Shown piece after piece: positions 47,014 through 57,509 of a stretch of 64,000 bases of DNA (positions are counted from its first letter, which is position 1; every line of letters starts with the position of its first letter). This DNA comes from a virus. Lineage: Duplodnaviria; Caudoviricetes. The position numbers and the translations under genes were made by a program. The notes under the pieces were generated by a model that saw only the letters and a list, made by a program, of their open reading frames with translations, had not been told where the DNA came from and made no database searches. The stretch lies in the IMG/VR virus record IMGVR_UViG_3300049846_001081. The stretch is one strand, 5' to 3'.

Positions 47014-49197
47014 ATGGCGACTCCTCAATTATCTCCTGGTGTACTAGTCAGAGAGGTTGATTTAACTGTAGGGAGAGCTGATAATGTTTTAGATAACATT
47101 GGTGCAATTGCAGGACCATTCCCAATTGGACCAGTTGATTACCCAATTGACATCACTACAGAACAAGATCTTATCAATGTTTTTGGTAAGCCAATTTCAA
47201 CAGATGCTCAATATGAGTATTGGATGAGTGCATCATCTTTCCTCTCATATGGTGGTGTTTTAAAGGTTGTAAGAACTAGTGGATCAACTCTAAACAATGC
47301 TAATGCTGGAGTTGGAATCGCTTCAACCACGGTTCTAAAAATTGACAATTATGATGATTATACCAATAATCATTCAGATGGTACAAACTATACTTATAGT
47401 GCAAAGAATCCAGGCACTTGGGCAAATGGACTAAAAGTATGTTTTATTGATGATTTAGCAGATCAAACAATAGGAATTGCAACTACAAGTTTAGCAGGCG
47501 TCGGTGCTACTGTTGGTTATGGAGTAACAGTAGCACTTACTAGTCAAGTGATTGCTGGATCTGGAAGCACTTCCCTGTTTACTGGATACTTAAAGGGTAT
47601 CATTACTGGAGTAACGACAGACGCAACAAATGGAAACAGTACAATTGATGTAAAGATTGTATCAAGAGTTTCAACTGCTGGAACTGAAACTAAAATTGAT
47701 TATGCGGAAGGTTCCACCATAGCAGCTTTTGCGGCTTCTAATGCAATTAAATTTATTAATAGTTCTGGAGCACAAGCAGGATCAGCAACTGTAACAACTG
47801 TTTCTGATTGGTATAACAATCAGACTCTTGGATTAACAAATACAACTATTTACTGGAAATCAATAGCACCAAAACCAGTATCTAACAGATATTCTCTGGA
47901 CAGAAATGGTAAGAACGATGGTCTCCATATTGCCGTTGTTGATGACCTTGGAACTATAACTGGAAATCAAGGAACCATTATTGAAAAGCATTTAGGTCTT
48001 TCAAAAGCTCTTGATTCAGTTTCCGCTGTCAATTCTCCACAAAAAATCTGGTACAAGCAATATCTTGCAGATTTTTCTGGTCAAATTTATGCAGGAAGCA
48101 ATCCATCAAGTTCTGCTGATTCTTATTGGGGAACAAATCCAAGAGCAACTGGATTCTCAACAGCATTTACGCCATACAGCACAGCGCAAGGTCTTTGGGG
48201 ACAAAATGCCCAAGATACAATTTTCAGTGCAATCGGAAATGAGACCTACACTCTAGGTGGTGGCGTTAATTATTCTGCCTCTGGTGGAATGAAAGCAACA
48301 TTGGGAGATTTAATTACTTCATATGGTCTTTTCTCCAACAAAGATGAAGTTCAAGTTGATTACTTAATCATGGGACCTGGTTTAGATAATGAATCAGATT
48401 CTCAAGCAAAGGCAAACTATCTGATTTCAGTTGCTGGAGATAGAAAGGACTGTGTTGCTGTTATTGGACCACATAGAGCAAATCTAATTGGTATTACAAA
48501 TACAGCGACTCAAACATCTAATCTCATCAAATACTTCAGCCCACTTTCTTCCTCATCTTATGCAGTATTTGATAGTGGATATAAGTATACATACGATAGA
48601 TTTAACAACAAGTTTGTTTACATTCCTTGCAATGCTGATGTTGCTGGTCTAATGACTAGAACAAACATTGTAGCATATCCTTGGTTCTCTCCTGCAGGTC
48701 AACAACGCGGAATCCTGAATAATGCAATTAAACTTGCATATAATCCAAACAAGGCACAGAGAGATCAATTGTATCCTCTGAGAATTAACTCCATCGTCAC
48801 TCAACCTGGTGTTGGAACTCTGTTATTTGGAGATAAAACAGCTCTTGCTTACGCATCAGCATTTGATAGGATTAACGTTCGCCGTTTGTTCCTCACCATT
48901 GAGCAAGCACTTCAAAGAGCAGCTGAGGCACAACTTTTTGAACTGAACGATGAGCTTACAAGAGCAAACTTTAAGAATATTGTTGAACCTTACCTCCGTG
49001 ACGTTCAGGCAAAGAGAGGACTTTATGGATTCCTAGTTGTTTGTGATACATCAAATAACACCCCAGATGTAATTGATAATAATGAATTTAGAGCTGACAT
49101 TTATCTGAAGCCTACTAAGTCCATCAACTATGTAACACTGACATTTGTTGCTACGAGAACTGGTATCTCGTTTGAAGAAGTAGCAGGTACAGTTTGA
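47014..49197 (+). CDS. gp18: Tail sheath protein gp18
   Basis: SPGVLVREVDLT; PWFSPAG; FDRINVRRLF; SINYVTLTFVA. Confidence 0.97.
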   Translation: MATPQLSPGVLVREVDLTVGRADNVLDNIGAIAGPFPIGPVDYPIDITTEQDLINVFGKPISTDAQYEYWMSASSFLSYGGVLKVVRTSGSTLNNANAGVGIASTTVLKIDNYDDYTNNHSDGTNYTYSAKNPGTWANGLKVCFIDDLADQTIGIATTSLAGVGATVGYGVTVALTSQVIAGSGSTSLFTGYLKGIITGVTTDATNGNSTIDVKIVSRVSTAGTETKIDYAEGSTIAAFAASNAIKFINSSGAQAGSATVTTVSDWYNNQTLGLTNTTIYWKSIAPKPVSNRYSLDRNGKNDGLHIAVVDDLGTITGNQGTIIEKHLGLSKALDSVSAVNSPQKIWYKQYLADFSGQIYAGSNPSSSADSYWGTNPRATGFSTAFTPYSTAQGLWGQNAQDTIFSAIGNETYTLGGGVNYSASGGMKATLGDLITSYGLFSNKDEVQVDYLIMGPGLDNESDSQAKANYLISVAGDRKDCVAVIGPHRANLIGITNTATQTSNLIKYFSPLSSSSYAVFDSGYKYTYDRFNNKFVYIPCNADVAGLMTRTNIVAYPWFSPAGQQRGILNNAIKLAYNPNKAQRDQLYPLRINSIVTQPGVGTLLFGDKTALAYASAFDRINVRRLFLTIEQALQRAAEAQLFELNDELTRANFKNIVEPYLRDVQAKRGLYGFLVVCDTSNNTPDVIDNNEFRADIYLKPTKSINYVTLTFVATRTGISFEEVAGTV

Positions 49198-49233
49198 TAA
49201 TCATTATCTAAATAACAAAAGGAGGACCTAAAA

Positions 49234-49803
49234 ATGGCACACAGCATTCAGGATTTTAAAACAGCACTTAAGGGGGGCGGTGCCCGCCCCAATCTATTTG
49301 AAGTTGTTTTAACAGATTTTCCAGGTGGAGCAGAATTTGATGCTACGGAATTTTCTGTGTTATGTAAAGCAGCTAACTTACCCGCATCAAATATTGCTTC
49401 AATTGATGTTCCTTTTAGAGGAAGAATCTTCAAAGTAGCAGGTGATCGCACCTTTGATACTTGGTCAATTACTGTAATTAATGATGAAGATTTTAAAATC
49501 AGAACAGCAATGGAAGCTTGGATGCAATATGTGGGACAATATGCAGATGGAAGTGGTGCAACTAATCCAAATGATTACATGAGAGATGTTCTCGTTAAAC
49601 AATTGAAAAGACTTCCAAGTACAGTTGGTGGAAACAATGCAGTTGGTTCTGGTTTAGAAGTTGCTAAACAGTATAAATTCTATAGTATCTTCCCAACCAA
49701 CATTTCTGCAATTGATCTCTCATATGATACCGCAGATACAATTGAAGAATTCACTGTAGAATTCCAAGTTCAATATTGGACTCCATATACCGGTGAAAAC
49801 TGA
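49234..49803 (+). CDS. gp19: Tail tube protein gp19
   Basis: GGGARPNLFEV; KVAGDRTF; IEEFTVEFQVQYW. Confidence 0.96.
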   Translation: MAHSIQDFKTALKGGGARPNLFEVVLTDFPGGAEFDATEFSVLCKAANLPASNIASIDVPFRGRIFKVAGDRTFDTWSITVINDEDFKIRTAMEAWMQYVGQYADGSGATNPNDYMRDVLVKQLKRLPSTVGGNNAVGSGLEVAKQYKFYSIFPTNISAIDLSYDTADTIEEFTVEFQVQYWTPYTGEN

Positions 49804-49843
49804 TCTAATAAATATCCTTATAAGATCAAAAGAAAAATAAATT

Positions 49844-51532
49844 ATGGCAAAATTGTTTGGATTTTCTATTGAAGATAATGAACCATTATCTCCTGGAGTA
49901 ATCTCTCCCGTTCCACAAAATAGTGAGGATGGGAGTGATTTTTATCTTTCCAGTGGATTTTTTGGTTCTTATGTAGACATTGAGGGTGTTTACAGAACAG
50001 AATTTGATTTAATCAAAAGATATCGTGAAATGGCACTTCACCCAGAATGTGATAGTGCCATTGAAGATATTGTAAACGAAGCAATTGTTAGTGATACAAA
50101 TGATAGTCCTGTTTCAATTGAGTTATCAAATCTTAATGCAAGCGACGGGATAAAAAGAAAAATCAGAGAAGAGTTTAAACATATTCTAGAACTTTTAGAT
50201 TTTGATAGGAAGTCTCACGAAATATACAGAAATTGGTATGTTGATGGTAGATTATACTACCATAAAGTTATTGACATAAAAAATCCACATGAAGGAATTC
50301 AAGAACTTCGTTATATTGACGCAATGAAAATGCGTTACGTTCGCCAACAAAAACAAACTGAAAAGGATAAAAAGATTTATAGATTGGCTAATGTTAATGT
50401 TGACGATCCAATGAGTTATGAATTTCCAGAAATAGAGGAATATTTTGTTTATAATCCAAAAATGACTTATCCTACCACCAATCCATCTTCTTTAGGTGGA
50501 ACTGGTGGAATTAAATTTTCAAAAGATTCTATTACATATTGCACTTCAGGTCTTGTAGATAGAAATAAGGGATCAACTCTTTCATATCTCCACAAAGCAA
50601 TTAAGTCTCTCAATCAACTTCGTATGATTGAAGATAGTCTTGTTATCTACAGACTATCTCGCGCACCCGAACGTAGAATTTTCTACATTGATGTTGGAAA
50701 TCTCCCTAAAGTAAAGGCAGAACAATATCTTCGTGATGTAATGATGCGTTATAGAAATAAAATGGTCTATGATGCAAACACCGGAGAGATTCGCGATGAT
50801 AAAAAGTTTATGGCAATGCTTGAGGACTTTTGGCTTCCAAGAAGAGAGGGTGGTAGAGGAACAGAAATTTCCACACTTCCTGGCGGTCAAAATCTTGGAG
50901 AAATTACAGATATTGAATACTTCAAGAAAAAACTTTACCGTTCTCTAAATGTTCCACCATCAAGAATGGATGGAGAAGGTGGATTTAATCTTGGTCGTTC
51001 GTCAGAAATTCTTCGTGACGAAGTTAAGTTCAGTAAGTTTGTTGCTCGTCTAAGAAAGAGATTTTCTTATATGTTTAATGATATGTTGAAGACTCAACTT
51101 ATTCTTAAAAATATCATTACTCCCGAAGATTGGGCAATAATGGAGGAGCATATTCAATATGACTTTTTATACGATAATCATTTTGCAGAACTTAAAGATG
51201 CAGAACTTCTAAATGAAAGACTTAATATGGTTCAAATTGCAGAACCATATGTTGGAAAGTATTTCTCTCAGGATTATGTAAGACGTAAAATTCTTCGCCA
51301 AACTGATGAGGAAATTATTGAGCAGGATAAGATTATCAAAAAAGAAATTAAAGATGGAGTTATACCAGATCCAAATGCACCAGTAGATCCAGCAACTGGG
51401 TTACCTTTAGGACCAGAAACTGCAGGTATGGATTTGGGGCAACCAGTAATGGAACCAAATCTTGATGCTCAAGGTGCCGCAACAGAAGCAAGTGGAAAAA
51501 TAGCAGAAATGCCCAAGGGTGGCGAGATATAA
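49844..51532 (+). CDS. gp20: Portal protein gp20
   Basis: WYVDGRLYY; RAPERRIFYIDVGNLP; EDFWLPRREGGRGTEI. Confidence 0.98.
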   Translation: MAKLFGFSIEDNEPLSPGVISPVPQNSEDGSDFYLSSGFFGSYVDIEGVYRTEFDLIKRYREMALHPECDSAIEDIVNEAIVSDTNDSPVSIELSNLNASDGIKRKIREEFKHILELLDFDRKSHEIYRNWYVDGRLYYHKVIDIKNPHEGIQELRYIDAMKMRYVRQQKQTEKDKKIYRLANVNVDDPMSYEFPEIEEYFVYNPKMTYPTTNPSSLGGTGGIKFSKDSITYCTSGLVDRNKGSTLSYLHKAIKSLNQLRMIEDSLVIYRLSRAPERRIFYIDVGNLPKVKAEQYLRDVMMRYRNKMVYDANTGEIRDDKKFMAMLEDFWLPRREGGRGTEISTLPGGQNLGEITDIEYFKKKLYRSLNVPPSRMDGEGGFNLGRSSEILRDEVKFSKFVARLRKRFSYMFNDMLKTQLILKNIITPEDWAIMEEHIQYDFLYDNHFAELKDAELLNERLNMVQIAEPYVGKYFSQDYVRRKILRQTDEEIIEQDKIIKKEIKDGVIPDPNAPVDPATGLPLGPETAGMDLGQPVMEPNLDAQGAATEASGKIAEMPKGGEI

Positions 51533-51535
51533 ATA
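51528..51535 (+). promoter_or_regulatory. T4-type late promoter TATAAATA
   Basis: Exact consensus upstream of gp67. Variants (N)NTAAATA also precede gp25, gp8, gp13, gp15, gp18, gp19, gp20 and gp3. Confidence 0.75.
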
Positions 51536-51561
51536 AAAACGATTAACTATTGGTATTAAAA

Positions 51562-51723
51562 ATGGATGATCTTCTAGATATGATTGTTGCTGACGAATCA
51601 CCATCTCAAGTGAGCGATAAAATCAAAGAACTTTTATTTGCAAAATCTGCAGAAAAAATTGATGCTTTCCGCCCAACGGTAGCAGATAGTATGTTTGGAC
51701 AAGAAGAACAAGAAGAGGAATGA
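51562..51723 (+). CDS. gp67: Prohead core protein (gp67-like), 53 aa
   Basis: MDDLLDMIVADESPSQVSDKIKELLFAKSAEKIDAFRP..; small acidic gene directly after the portal. Confidence 0.65.
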   Translation: MDDLLDMIVADESPSQVSDKIKELLFAKSAEKIDAFRPTVADSMFGQEEQEEE

Positions 51724-51724
51724 A

Positions 51725-52045
51725 ATGAAATCTTTCAAGCAATTTATCTCAGAGTCAGTTAATATTGCTGGTGATTTCACAGGAAATCTCTACATTGGTG
51801 CTCAACCAGAACAACCACAACAAGTTGGCGAAGAATATGTTGCCGATGTTATGTGGAACGGTAGTTTATATCGTTTAGAATTAGTTACTAAAACTGGAAT
51901 TCCATCAGTAAGAGATCTTGGTGAGCAATTACAATCTGATTATCCAGGAGCAGTTGTTCATCAAATTTATCCAGTAACAGAAAAGAATTTAAATATTAAA
52001 AACGCACAAAGATACCACCCATCAAAATTAGAATGGATTGATTGA
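51725..52045 (+). CDS. Hypothetical protein with CTS-like N-terminus
   Basis: MKSFKQFISE start. Confidence 0.7.
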   Translation: MKSFKQFISESVNIAGDFTGNLYIGAQPEQPQQVGEEYVADVMWNGSLYRLELVTKTGIPSVRDLGEQLQSDYPGAVVHQIYPVTEKNLNIKNAQRYHPSKLEWID

Positions 52046-52048
52046 TAA

Positions 52049-53479
52049 ATGGCTCAGTGGAATATAACTATTCAAGATTATTTAAATCAAGAAAGATCTC
52101 TTTTTGAAGTTGTAGGTGTTGCATCAAGTGATGGGCAAATAATTAGCCCACAAAATCCATTTCCAGTTACTGGAACTGTTGGAATTTCGTCAGAAACTGT
52201 TGTAACTATAAACCCAGATACAAATGCTGTTGACGCCTTTGGTAGAGCAAGAGTTTCTGAACTTTTTACGCTTGGAGACTATAAGCATCTTTATGCTATT
52301 GACCCAAACTTTTTAGATAGTAGTTCTGGAGCAGGTTCAACAGTATCATTTTTACAAAATCAAGCAGCTGCTAGACTTCAAACTGGTATTGGATCAACTG
52401 CATCTAGTATTCATCAAACAAAGTTTTATCATCACTATCAACCAGGAAAAGGACAACTAATTTTTAGTTCTTTTAATTTTTATGCACCTCAACAAAATGC
52501 AACTAAAAGAACTGGATACTTTGATGATAGAGACGGAATTTATTTTGAACAAGTTGGACTAAGCACTTCTGATGGAATAAATGCTGGTATTGGAACAAAC
52601 AATTGGGTAATCAGAACTTTTATAAGTGGAATTGCAACAGAAACCAGAGTTCCACAATCACAATGGAACAGAGATAAATGTGATGGAACAGGAATTTCTG
52701 GATTTAATTTAGACATTACAAAAACTCAACTTGCATTTATAGATTTTCAGTGGTTAGGCGTTGGTAGAGTCCGTTGTGGTTTTGCTCACAATGGACAACT
52801 TATTACCGCACACGAATTTTACCACTCTAACAATTTAGCAACTGTTTATATTACCAACCCAAACCTACCAGTTCGTTGTGAAATTAGAAACACTGGTGTA
52901 GGTATTGGAGCATCATTTGATCAGATCTGTTCTTCTGTAATGTCAGAGGGCGGATATGTGGAAAGTGGCATTGACTTTGCCGTTACAATGACCACATCAA
53001 GAACAACTCCAACACCAGCAGGAACTGAACTTCCTCTGATTGCAATTCGTCTTAAAAATACTTTCCAAGCATATCCGAATAGAATATCAGTAAGATTAAA
53101 TAACCTCTCAATACATTGTGAAACCAATAGTATCATTTATAGAGTTATTAAACTTCCAAGTTCTGCTTATTTGAGTAACGCTGGAACTTTAACTTGGACC
53201 TCTGCTTCTTCCAACAGTGGAGTTGAATACTGTATAGATGCTACAACTTATAGTGATGGTGATGAGTTTGCATCAGGATATGTTCCTTCTGGTGCGTCTC
53301 AAAACTCACTTTCACCAGTTGCTTCCGGAACATTAAGTGCAGCAAAGAAAAATATCATTGTTCAAAACATAGATTCATCAAGTTCTGAAATTTATGTAAT
53401 TGTTGTAAGAACTATTACAACAACGGGCAATGCTGTTGCCAACGTTGCTTGTGCTCTTCAATGGAGGGAGATTTATTAA
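52049..53479 (+). CDS. Beta-rich hypothetical virion protein
   Basis: 476 aa; DAFGRARVS..YQPGKGQ..DFQWLGVGRVRCGF; sits in the head module. Confidence 0.65.
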   Translation: MAQWNITIQDYLNQERSLFEVVGVASSDGQIISPQNPFPVTGTVGISSETVVTINPDTNAVDAFGRARVSELFTLGDYKHLYAIDPNFLDSSSGAGSTVSFLQNQAAARLQTGIGSTASSIHQTKFYHHYQPGKGQLIFSSFNFYAPQQNATKRTGYFDDRDGIYFEQVGLSTSDGINAGIGTNNWVIRTFISGIATETRVPQSQWNRDKCDGTGISGFNLDITKTQLAFIDFQWLGVGRVRCGFAHNGQLITAHEFYHSNNLATVYITNPNLPVRCEIRNTGVGIGASFDQICSSVMSEGGYVESGIDFAVTMTTSRTTPTPAGTELPLIAIRLKNTFQAYPNRISVRLNNLSIHCETNSIIYRVIKLPSSAYLSNAGTLTWTSASSNSGVEYCIDATTYSDGDEFASGYVPSGASQNSLSPVASGTLSAAKKNIIVQNIDSSSSEIYVIVVRTITTTGNAVANVACALQWREIY

Positions 53480-53512
53480 ATAATAAATAACTAAAAGTGT
53501 ATTATACGAATA

Positions 53513-54070
53513 ATGGCTCATAGACCAGTTGGGGCAGGATCCTCATTTACATTCACTGCTGGAGCTGCATCAACATCTTCGGCATTTTCAGTTAGATCAA
53601 GTGTTTTGAGAGTGGTTTCTGTAGGGGGCGCTTCTCATGTTGCAATTGGAACAAATCCAGCTGCAACAACAACAGATTATTATATTCCTTTAGGAGGAAC
53701 TGCAACTCTTGCTCTCACAAAAGCATCAAATAGAGTTGTTGGTATTACAACTGGAACCACTACCATCGTTACAGTTCCAGAAGGAACTCAAGTTCCATTT
53801 GGAGCAGGTGACTATGTTTCTCTATCAGTAACTGGTCAATCATATTATGATTTCACTCATCAAGAAGTTTTATCAGTGAATACCACTGCCGATTATGATG
53901 GGTATTATTCAACAAAAATGACTGTGAATTACAACTCAAGTGGCATTGTTACAGCATTTTCTGCTACAGAAGCAACGGTTGTTAATTCTCACAAAATCTC
54001 TGCTATCGGAGCAGCTGGAGGTTCAGGAGTTATTCATTTCCAACAAGTTCAAATTTCAGGAGACGCCTAA
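53513..54070 (+). CDS. Hypothetical virion/prohead protein
   Basis: 185 aa T/G/V-rich, directly before gp21; late-promoter-like ATAAATA upstream. Confidence 0.7.
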   Translation: MAHRPVGAGSSFTFTAGAASTSSAFSVRSSVLRVVSVGGASHVAIGTNPAATTTDYYIPLGGTATLALTKASNRVVGITTGTTTIVTVPEGTQVPFGAGDYVSLSVTGQSYYDFTHQEVLSVNTTADYDGYYSTKMTVNYNSSGIVTAFSATEATVVNSHKISAIGAAGGSGVIHFQQVQISGDA

Positions 54071-54071
54071 A

Positions 54072-54722
54072 ATGAAACTTATTACTGAAGAGATTGAATC
54101 AGTAGAAGTTCTTACCGAAACGGTGAATGGTAAGAAGACTCTTTATATTCAAGGTCCTTTCCTCCAAACTGAAGTTGTAAACAGAAACGGTAGAATGTAC
54201 CGTATGCCTGTAATGGAAAGGGAGGTTAAGCGTTATACCGAGCAATATGTAAATAAAGGACGTGCTCTTGGAGAACTTGGTCACCCAGATGGACCAACGG
54301 TAAATCTTGATAGAGTATCACATAAAATTATTTCTCTAACTCAAGAAGGAAATAATTTTATTGGCAAGGCACAAATTCTTTCCACCCCAATGGGAAAAAT
54401 TGCCGAGTCTCTTCTCAGAGAAGGAGTAACTCTTGGTGTTTCTTCTCGTGGTATTGGTTCAGTAAAGCCAACAAGAGAAGGATATACGGAAGTTGGTGAA
54501 GATTTTATGCTTGCAACTGCTGCTGATATTGTTGCTGATCCTTCAGCACCCGACGCTTTTGTTCAGGGAATTATGGAAGGTAAAGAGTGGGTATGGGATG
54601 GTGGAATGCTCAGAGAGAAAGTTGCAGAGAATACAAAACAGAGAATAAATACTCTAGTTGATGAGCATATTCTTGAAGAATATAAACTATCATTATTCAA
54701 TGAGTTTTTAAACTCATTGTAA
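54072..54722 (+). CDS. gp21: Prohead protease gp21
   Basis: MKLITEE start; NRNGRMY; ALGELGHP; LGVSSRG; DIVADPSAPDA. Confidence 0.97.
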   Translation: MKLITEEIESVEVLTETVNGKKTLYIQGPFLQTEVVNRNGRMYRMPVMEREVKRYTEQYVNKGRALGELGHPDGPTVNLDRVSHKIISLTQEGNNFIGKAQILSTPMGKIAESLLREGVTLGVSSRGIGSVKPTREGYTEVGEDFMLATAADIVADPSAPDAFVQGIMEGKEWVWDGGMLREKVAENTKQRINTLVDEHILEEYKLSLFNEFLNSL

Positions 54723-54732
54723 TTTATTAATT

Positions 54733-54740
54733 TATAAATA
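54733..54740 (+). promoter_or_regulatory. T4-type late promoter TATAAATA
   Basis: Exact consensus upstream of gp22. Confidence 0.8.
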
Positions 54741-54776
54741 AATATAGATTTACTACAGGAAAATCGGAGAGTTCAA

Positions 54777-55943
54777 ATGTCTCGTGGAGATTTACAAGAA
54801 ATGGAAGTAGGCACTAAGCAATCCAAAACTGCTGTTAATGCAAACGCTAAGGCAGGGGAGGCAATGCCACATCTATCTGGTTCAACACCAGGACAAACTG
54901 GTGGATGGGAAGATTTAGGTGGTCCAGATCCTTCCAACTATCGTACAGATGATGATTCAGCAAAGTTGAAGACCCCAGGCGCAAGTCTTAAGCAAGTTAA
55001 AGATGTTGTGAATAAAGGTGCTAAACCAGCCGAAGCAATGAAGGGTGTTAAGGAAGAAGAAGAACTCGATGACGAAGATCTCATTGAAGAAGAGACTGAT
55101 GAAGATGAAGTAGTTGCTGAGGCTAAGGAAGAGGAAGAGGAAGAAGAAGGCGGTAAGAAAAAGGGTAAGAAAGAAGAAGAAGAGGAAGATGAGGATGAAG
55201 AGGAAGAAATGGAAGAGTCTTTTGATATTGAAGAGGATGTAAATGCTCTTCTATCAGGTGAGGAGCTCTCCGAAGAGTTCCAAGAAAAGGCACGTATTAT
55301 CTTTGAAGCTGCTCTTGTTTCAAGAGTTGCTCAAATCAAAGAAAACCTTGAAGAGCAATATGCGTTAGCACTTGCTGAAGAGGTTGAAGAAATCAAATCT
55401 ACTCTCAGTGAGCGTGTAGATGCATACCTTGAGTATGTTGCTGACGAGTGGATGCAAGAAAATGCACTCGTTATTGAAAATGGTCTTAAGACCGAAATGA
55501 CCGAATCATTCCTTTCTGGAATGAAGGAACTTTTTGAAGCACATTATGTATCAATCCCTGAAGATAAATATGATGTTCTTAACAGCATGGTAGAAAAACT
55601 TGATGACATGGAAACAAAACTCAACGAGCAAATTGAGAAGAATGTTTCCCTAAACAAGCGTCTCGCAGAGTCGGTTGCAGAAGGAATCTTTGAAAAAGTC
55701 TCTGAGGGCTTAGCAGCCACTCAGAAAGACAAGCTCGCTTCACTTGCCGAAAGTGTTGAGTTTGGAAGTGAAGAAGAATATCGTGAAAAACTGGAGATGC
55801 TTAGAGATTCATATTTCTCTAGCACGAAAGCTCCAAAAGCAAAATCCGAAAGTCTATCAGAACAAGTAGACAGTTCACCTGAAACTATTTCCGGTACAAT
55901 GTCTGCTTATCTACAGACTCTTAAGGCAGTTGCTAGAAACTGA
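54777..55943 (+). CDS. gp22: Prohead scaffolding protein gp22
   Basis: Glu-rich; LSEEFQEKARIIFEAA; YLEYVADEWMQEN. Confidence 0.95.
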   Translation: MSRGDLQEMEVGTKQSKTAVNANAKAGEAMPHLSGSTPGQTGGWEDLGGPDPSNYRTDDDSAKLKTPGASLKQVKDVVNKGAKPAEAMKGVKEEEELDDEDLIEEETDEDEVVAEAKEEEEEEEGGKKKGKKEEEEEDEDEEEEMEESFDIEEDVNALLSGEELSEEFQEKARIIFEAALVSRVAQIKENLEEQYALALAEEVEEIKSTLSERVDAYLEYVADEWMQENALVIENGLKTEMTESFLSGMKELFEAHYVSIPEDKYDVLNSMVEKLDDMETKLNEQIEKNVSLNKRLAESVAEGIFEKVSEGLAATQKDKLASLAESVEFGSEEEYREKLEMLRDSYFSSTKAPKAKSESLSEQVDSSPETISGTMSAYLQTLKAVARN

Positions 55944-55994
55944 ATTTAACATTAAACAAACCAAAAAACGCACTTTAGTAAAAGGTAAACGCAA

Positions 55995-57428
55995 ATGTTC
56001 CATTCCGAACAATTGCAGGAAAAGTGGGCACCTCTCCTCAACTATGAGGGTCTTGATCAAATCAAAGATTCGCACAGAAGAGCTGTAACCGCTGTCCTGC
56101 TAGAGAACCAAGAAAGATTTTTAAGAGAGCAAGCAGCATTTGACAATGGTTCAATGTCAATGCTCATGGAAGCCCCAACCAATGCAGGTAATGCTGCTGG
56201 TGCTCAGGGTGGTTTCGGTGGCTCTGCTTCAACCCCAACCGCAGGTTTTGACCCCGTTCTGATTTCATTGATCAGACGTTCAATGCCTAATCTGATCGCT
56301 TATGATGTTGCAGGCGTTCAACCAATGAGTGGTCCTACTGGACTCATCTTCGCAATGCGTTCACGCTACACCAGCCAGACTGGAACTGAGACTTTCTACA
56401 ACGAAGTTGATTCAGCATTCTCCGGTACTGACTCAGGATTTAACACCACCCTCAGCAATGACTTTGCTCAGGTAGGTTCTGGTATTGGTACAACTGCACA
56501 GTCAGGAAGCAACCCAGCTGTTCTGAACGCTTCTTCAGTAGCTGCTACCGACTACAACGTCGGTCAGGGTATGCCAACAGGTGACGCAGAAGCACTTGGC
56601 GATGCATCAGGTAACAACTTCAACCAGATGGCATTCTCAATTGAGAAAGTCACTGTTACTGCTAAGTCACGCGCTCTGAAGGCTGAGTACTCACTTGAGC
56701 TTGCTCAGGACCTTAAGGCAATTCACGGTCTGAATGCTGAAGCGGAACTCGCAAATATTCTCTCAACTGAGATTCTTGCTGAGATCAACCGCGAAGTTAT
56801 TCGTACCATCTACATGACTGCTGAAAAGGGTGCTTCACAGAACGTTGCAACCGCTGGTGTATTTGACCTTGATGTTGACTCCAACGGTCGTTGGTCAGTT
56901 GAGAAGTTCAAGGGTCTTCTGTTCCAAATTGAGCGTGATGCAAACGCTATCGCTCAGAGAACTCGTCGCGGAAAGGGCAACATCATCCTGTGCTCTGCTG
57001 ACGTTGCTTCAGCACTGACCATGGCTGGTGTTCTTGACTACACCCCTGCACTCAATGCTAACTTGACTGTTGATGATACTGGCAACACTTTTGCTGGTAC
57101 TCTCATGGGCAAATTCCGTGTTTATATTGACCCATATGCATCTAACCTGACTTCTGCTAACGCAGCACCTACAGGTGGCAACCAGTACTACGTTGTTGGT
57201 TATAAGGGTTCTTCACCTTATGATGCAGGTCTGTTCTATTGCCCATATGTTCCTCTCCAAATGGTACGTGCCGTTGGTGAGAACACCTTCCAGCCTAAGA
57301 TCGGCTTTAAGACCAGATATGGTCTTGTTGCTAACCCATTCGCTGAAGGAACCACTGTTGGCGCAGGTCGCCTCAATGTTAACACCAACCGCTACTATCG
57401 TAGAGTTGCTGTTAAAAATTTAATGTGA
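55995..57428 (+). CDS. gp23: Major capsid protein gp23
   Basis: KWAPLL; GVQPMSGPTGLIFAMR; KSRALKAEYSLELAQDLKAIHG; FQPKIGFKTRYG. Confidence 0.99.
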   Translation: MFHSEQLQEKWAPLLNYEGLDQIKDSHRRAVTAVLLENQERFLREQAAFDNGSMSMLMEAPTNAGNAAGAQGGFGGSASTPTAGFDPVLISLIRRSMPNLIAYDVAGVQPMSGPTGLIFAMRSRYTSQTGTETFYNEVDSAFSGTDSGFNTTLSNDFAQVGSGIGTTAQSGSNPAVLNASSVAATDYNVGQGMPTGDAEALGDASGNNFNQMAFSIEKVTVTAKSRALKAEYSLELAQDLKAIHGLNAEAELANILSTEILAEINREVIRTIYMTAEKGASQNVATAGVFDLDVDSNGRWSVEKFKGLLFQIERDANAIAQRTRRGKGNIILCSADVASALTMAGVLDYTPALNANLTVDDTGNTFAGTLMGKFRVYIDPYASNLTSANAAPTGGNQYYVVGYKGSSPYDAGLFYCPYVPLQMVRAVGENTFQPKIGFKTRYGLVANPFAEGTTVGAGRLNVNTNRYYRRVAVKNLM

Positions 57429-57450
57429 GTCTTATTCACATTAAATATTC

Positions 57451-57484
57451 AGAGGGTCCAAAAGACCCTCTTTTTTTATAAATA
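57451..57484 (+). terminator. gp23 terminator overlapping a late promoter
   Basis: GAGGGTC-caaaa-GACCCTC plus T7, then TATAAATA at 57477-57484. Confidence 0.8.
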
Positions 57485-57509
57485 AAAATGTAAGAATATA
57501 TTGTGAACG

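Noticed and set aside
55040-55260. GAA/GAG-rich low-complexity tract
   Set aside because: It encodes the normal Glu-rich segment of the gp22 scaffold and is not a separate repeat element.
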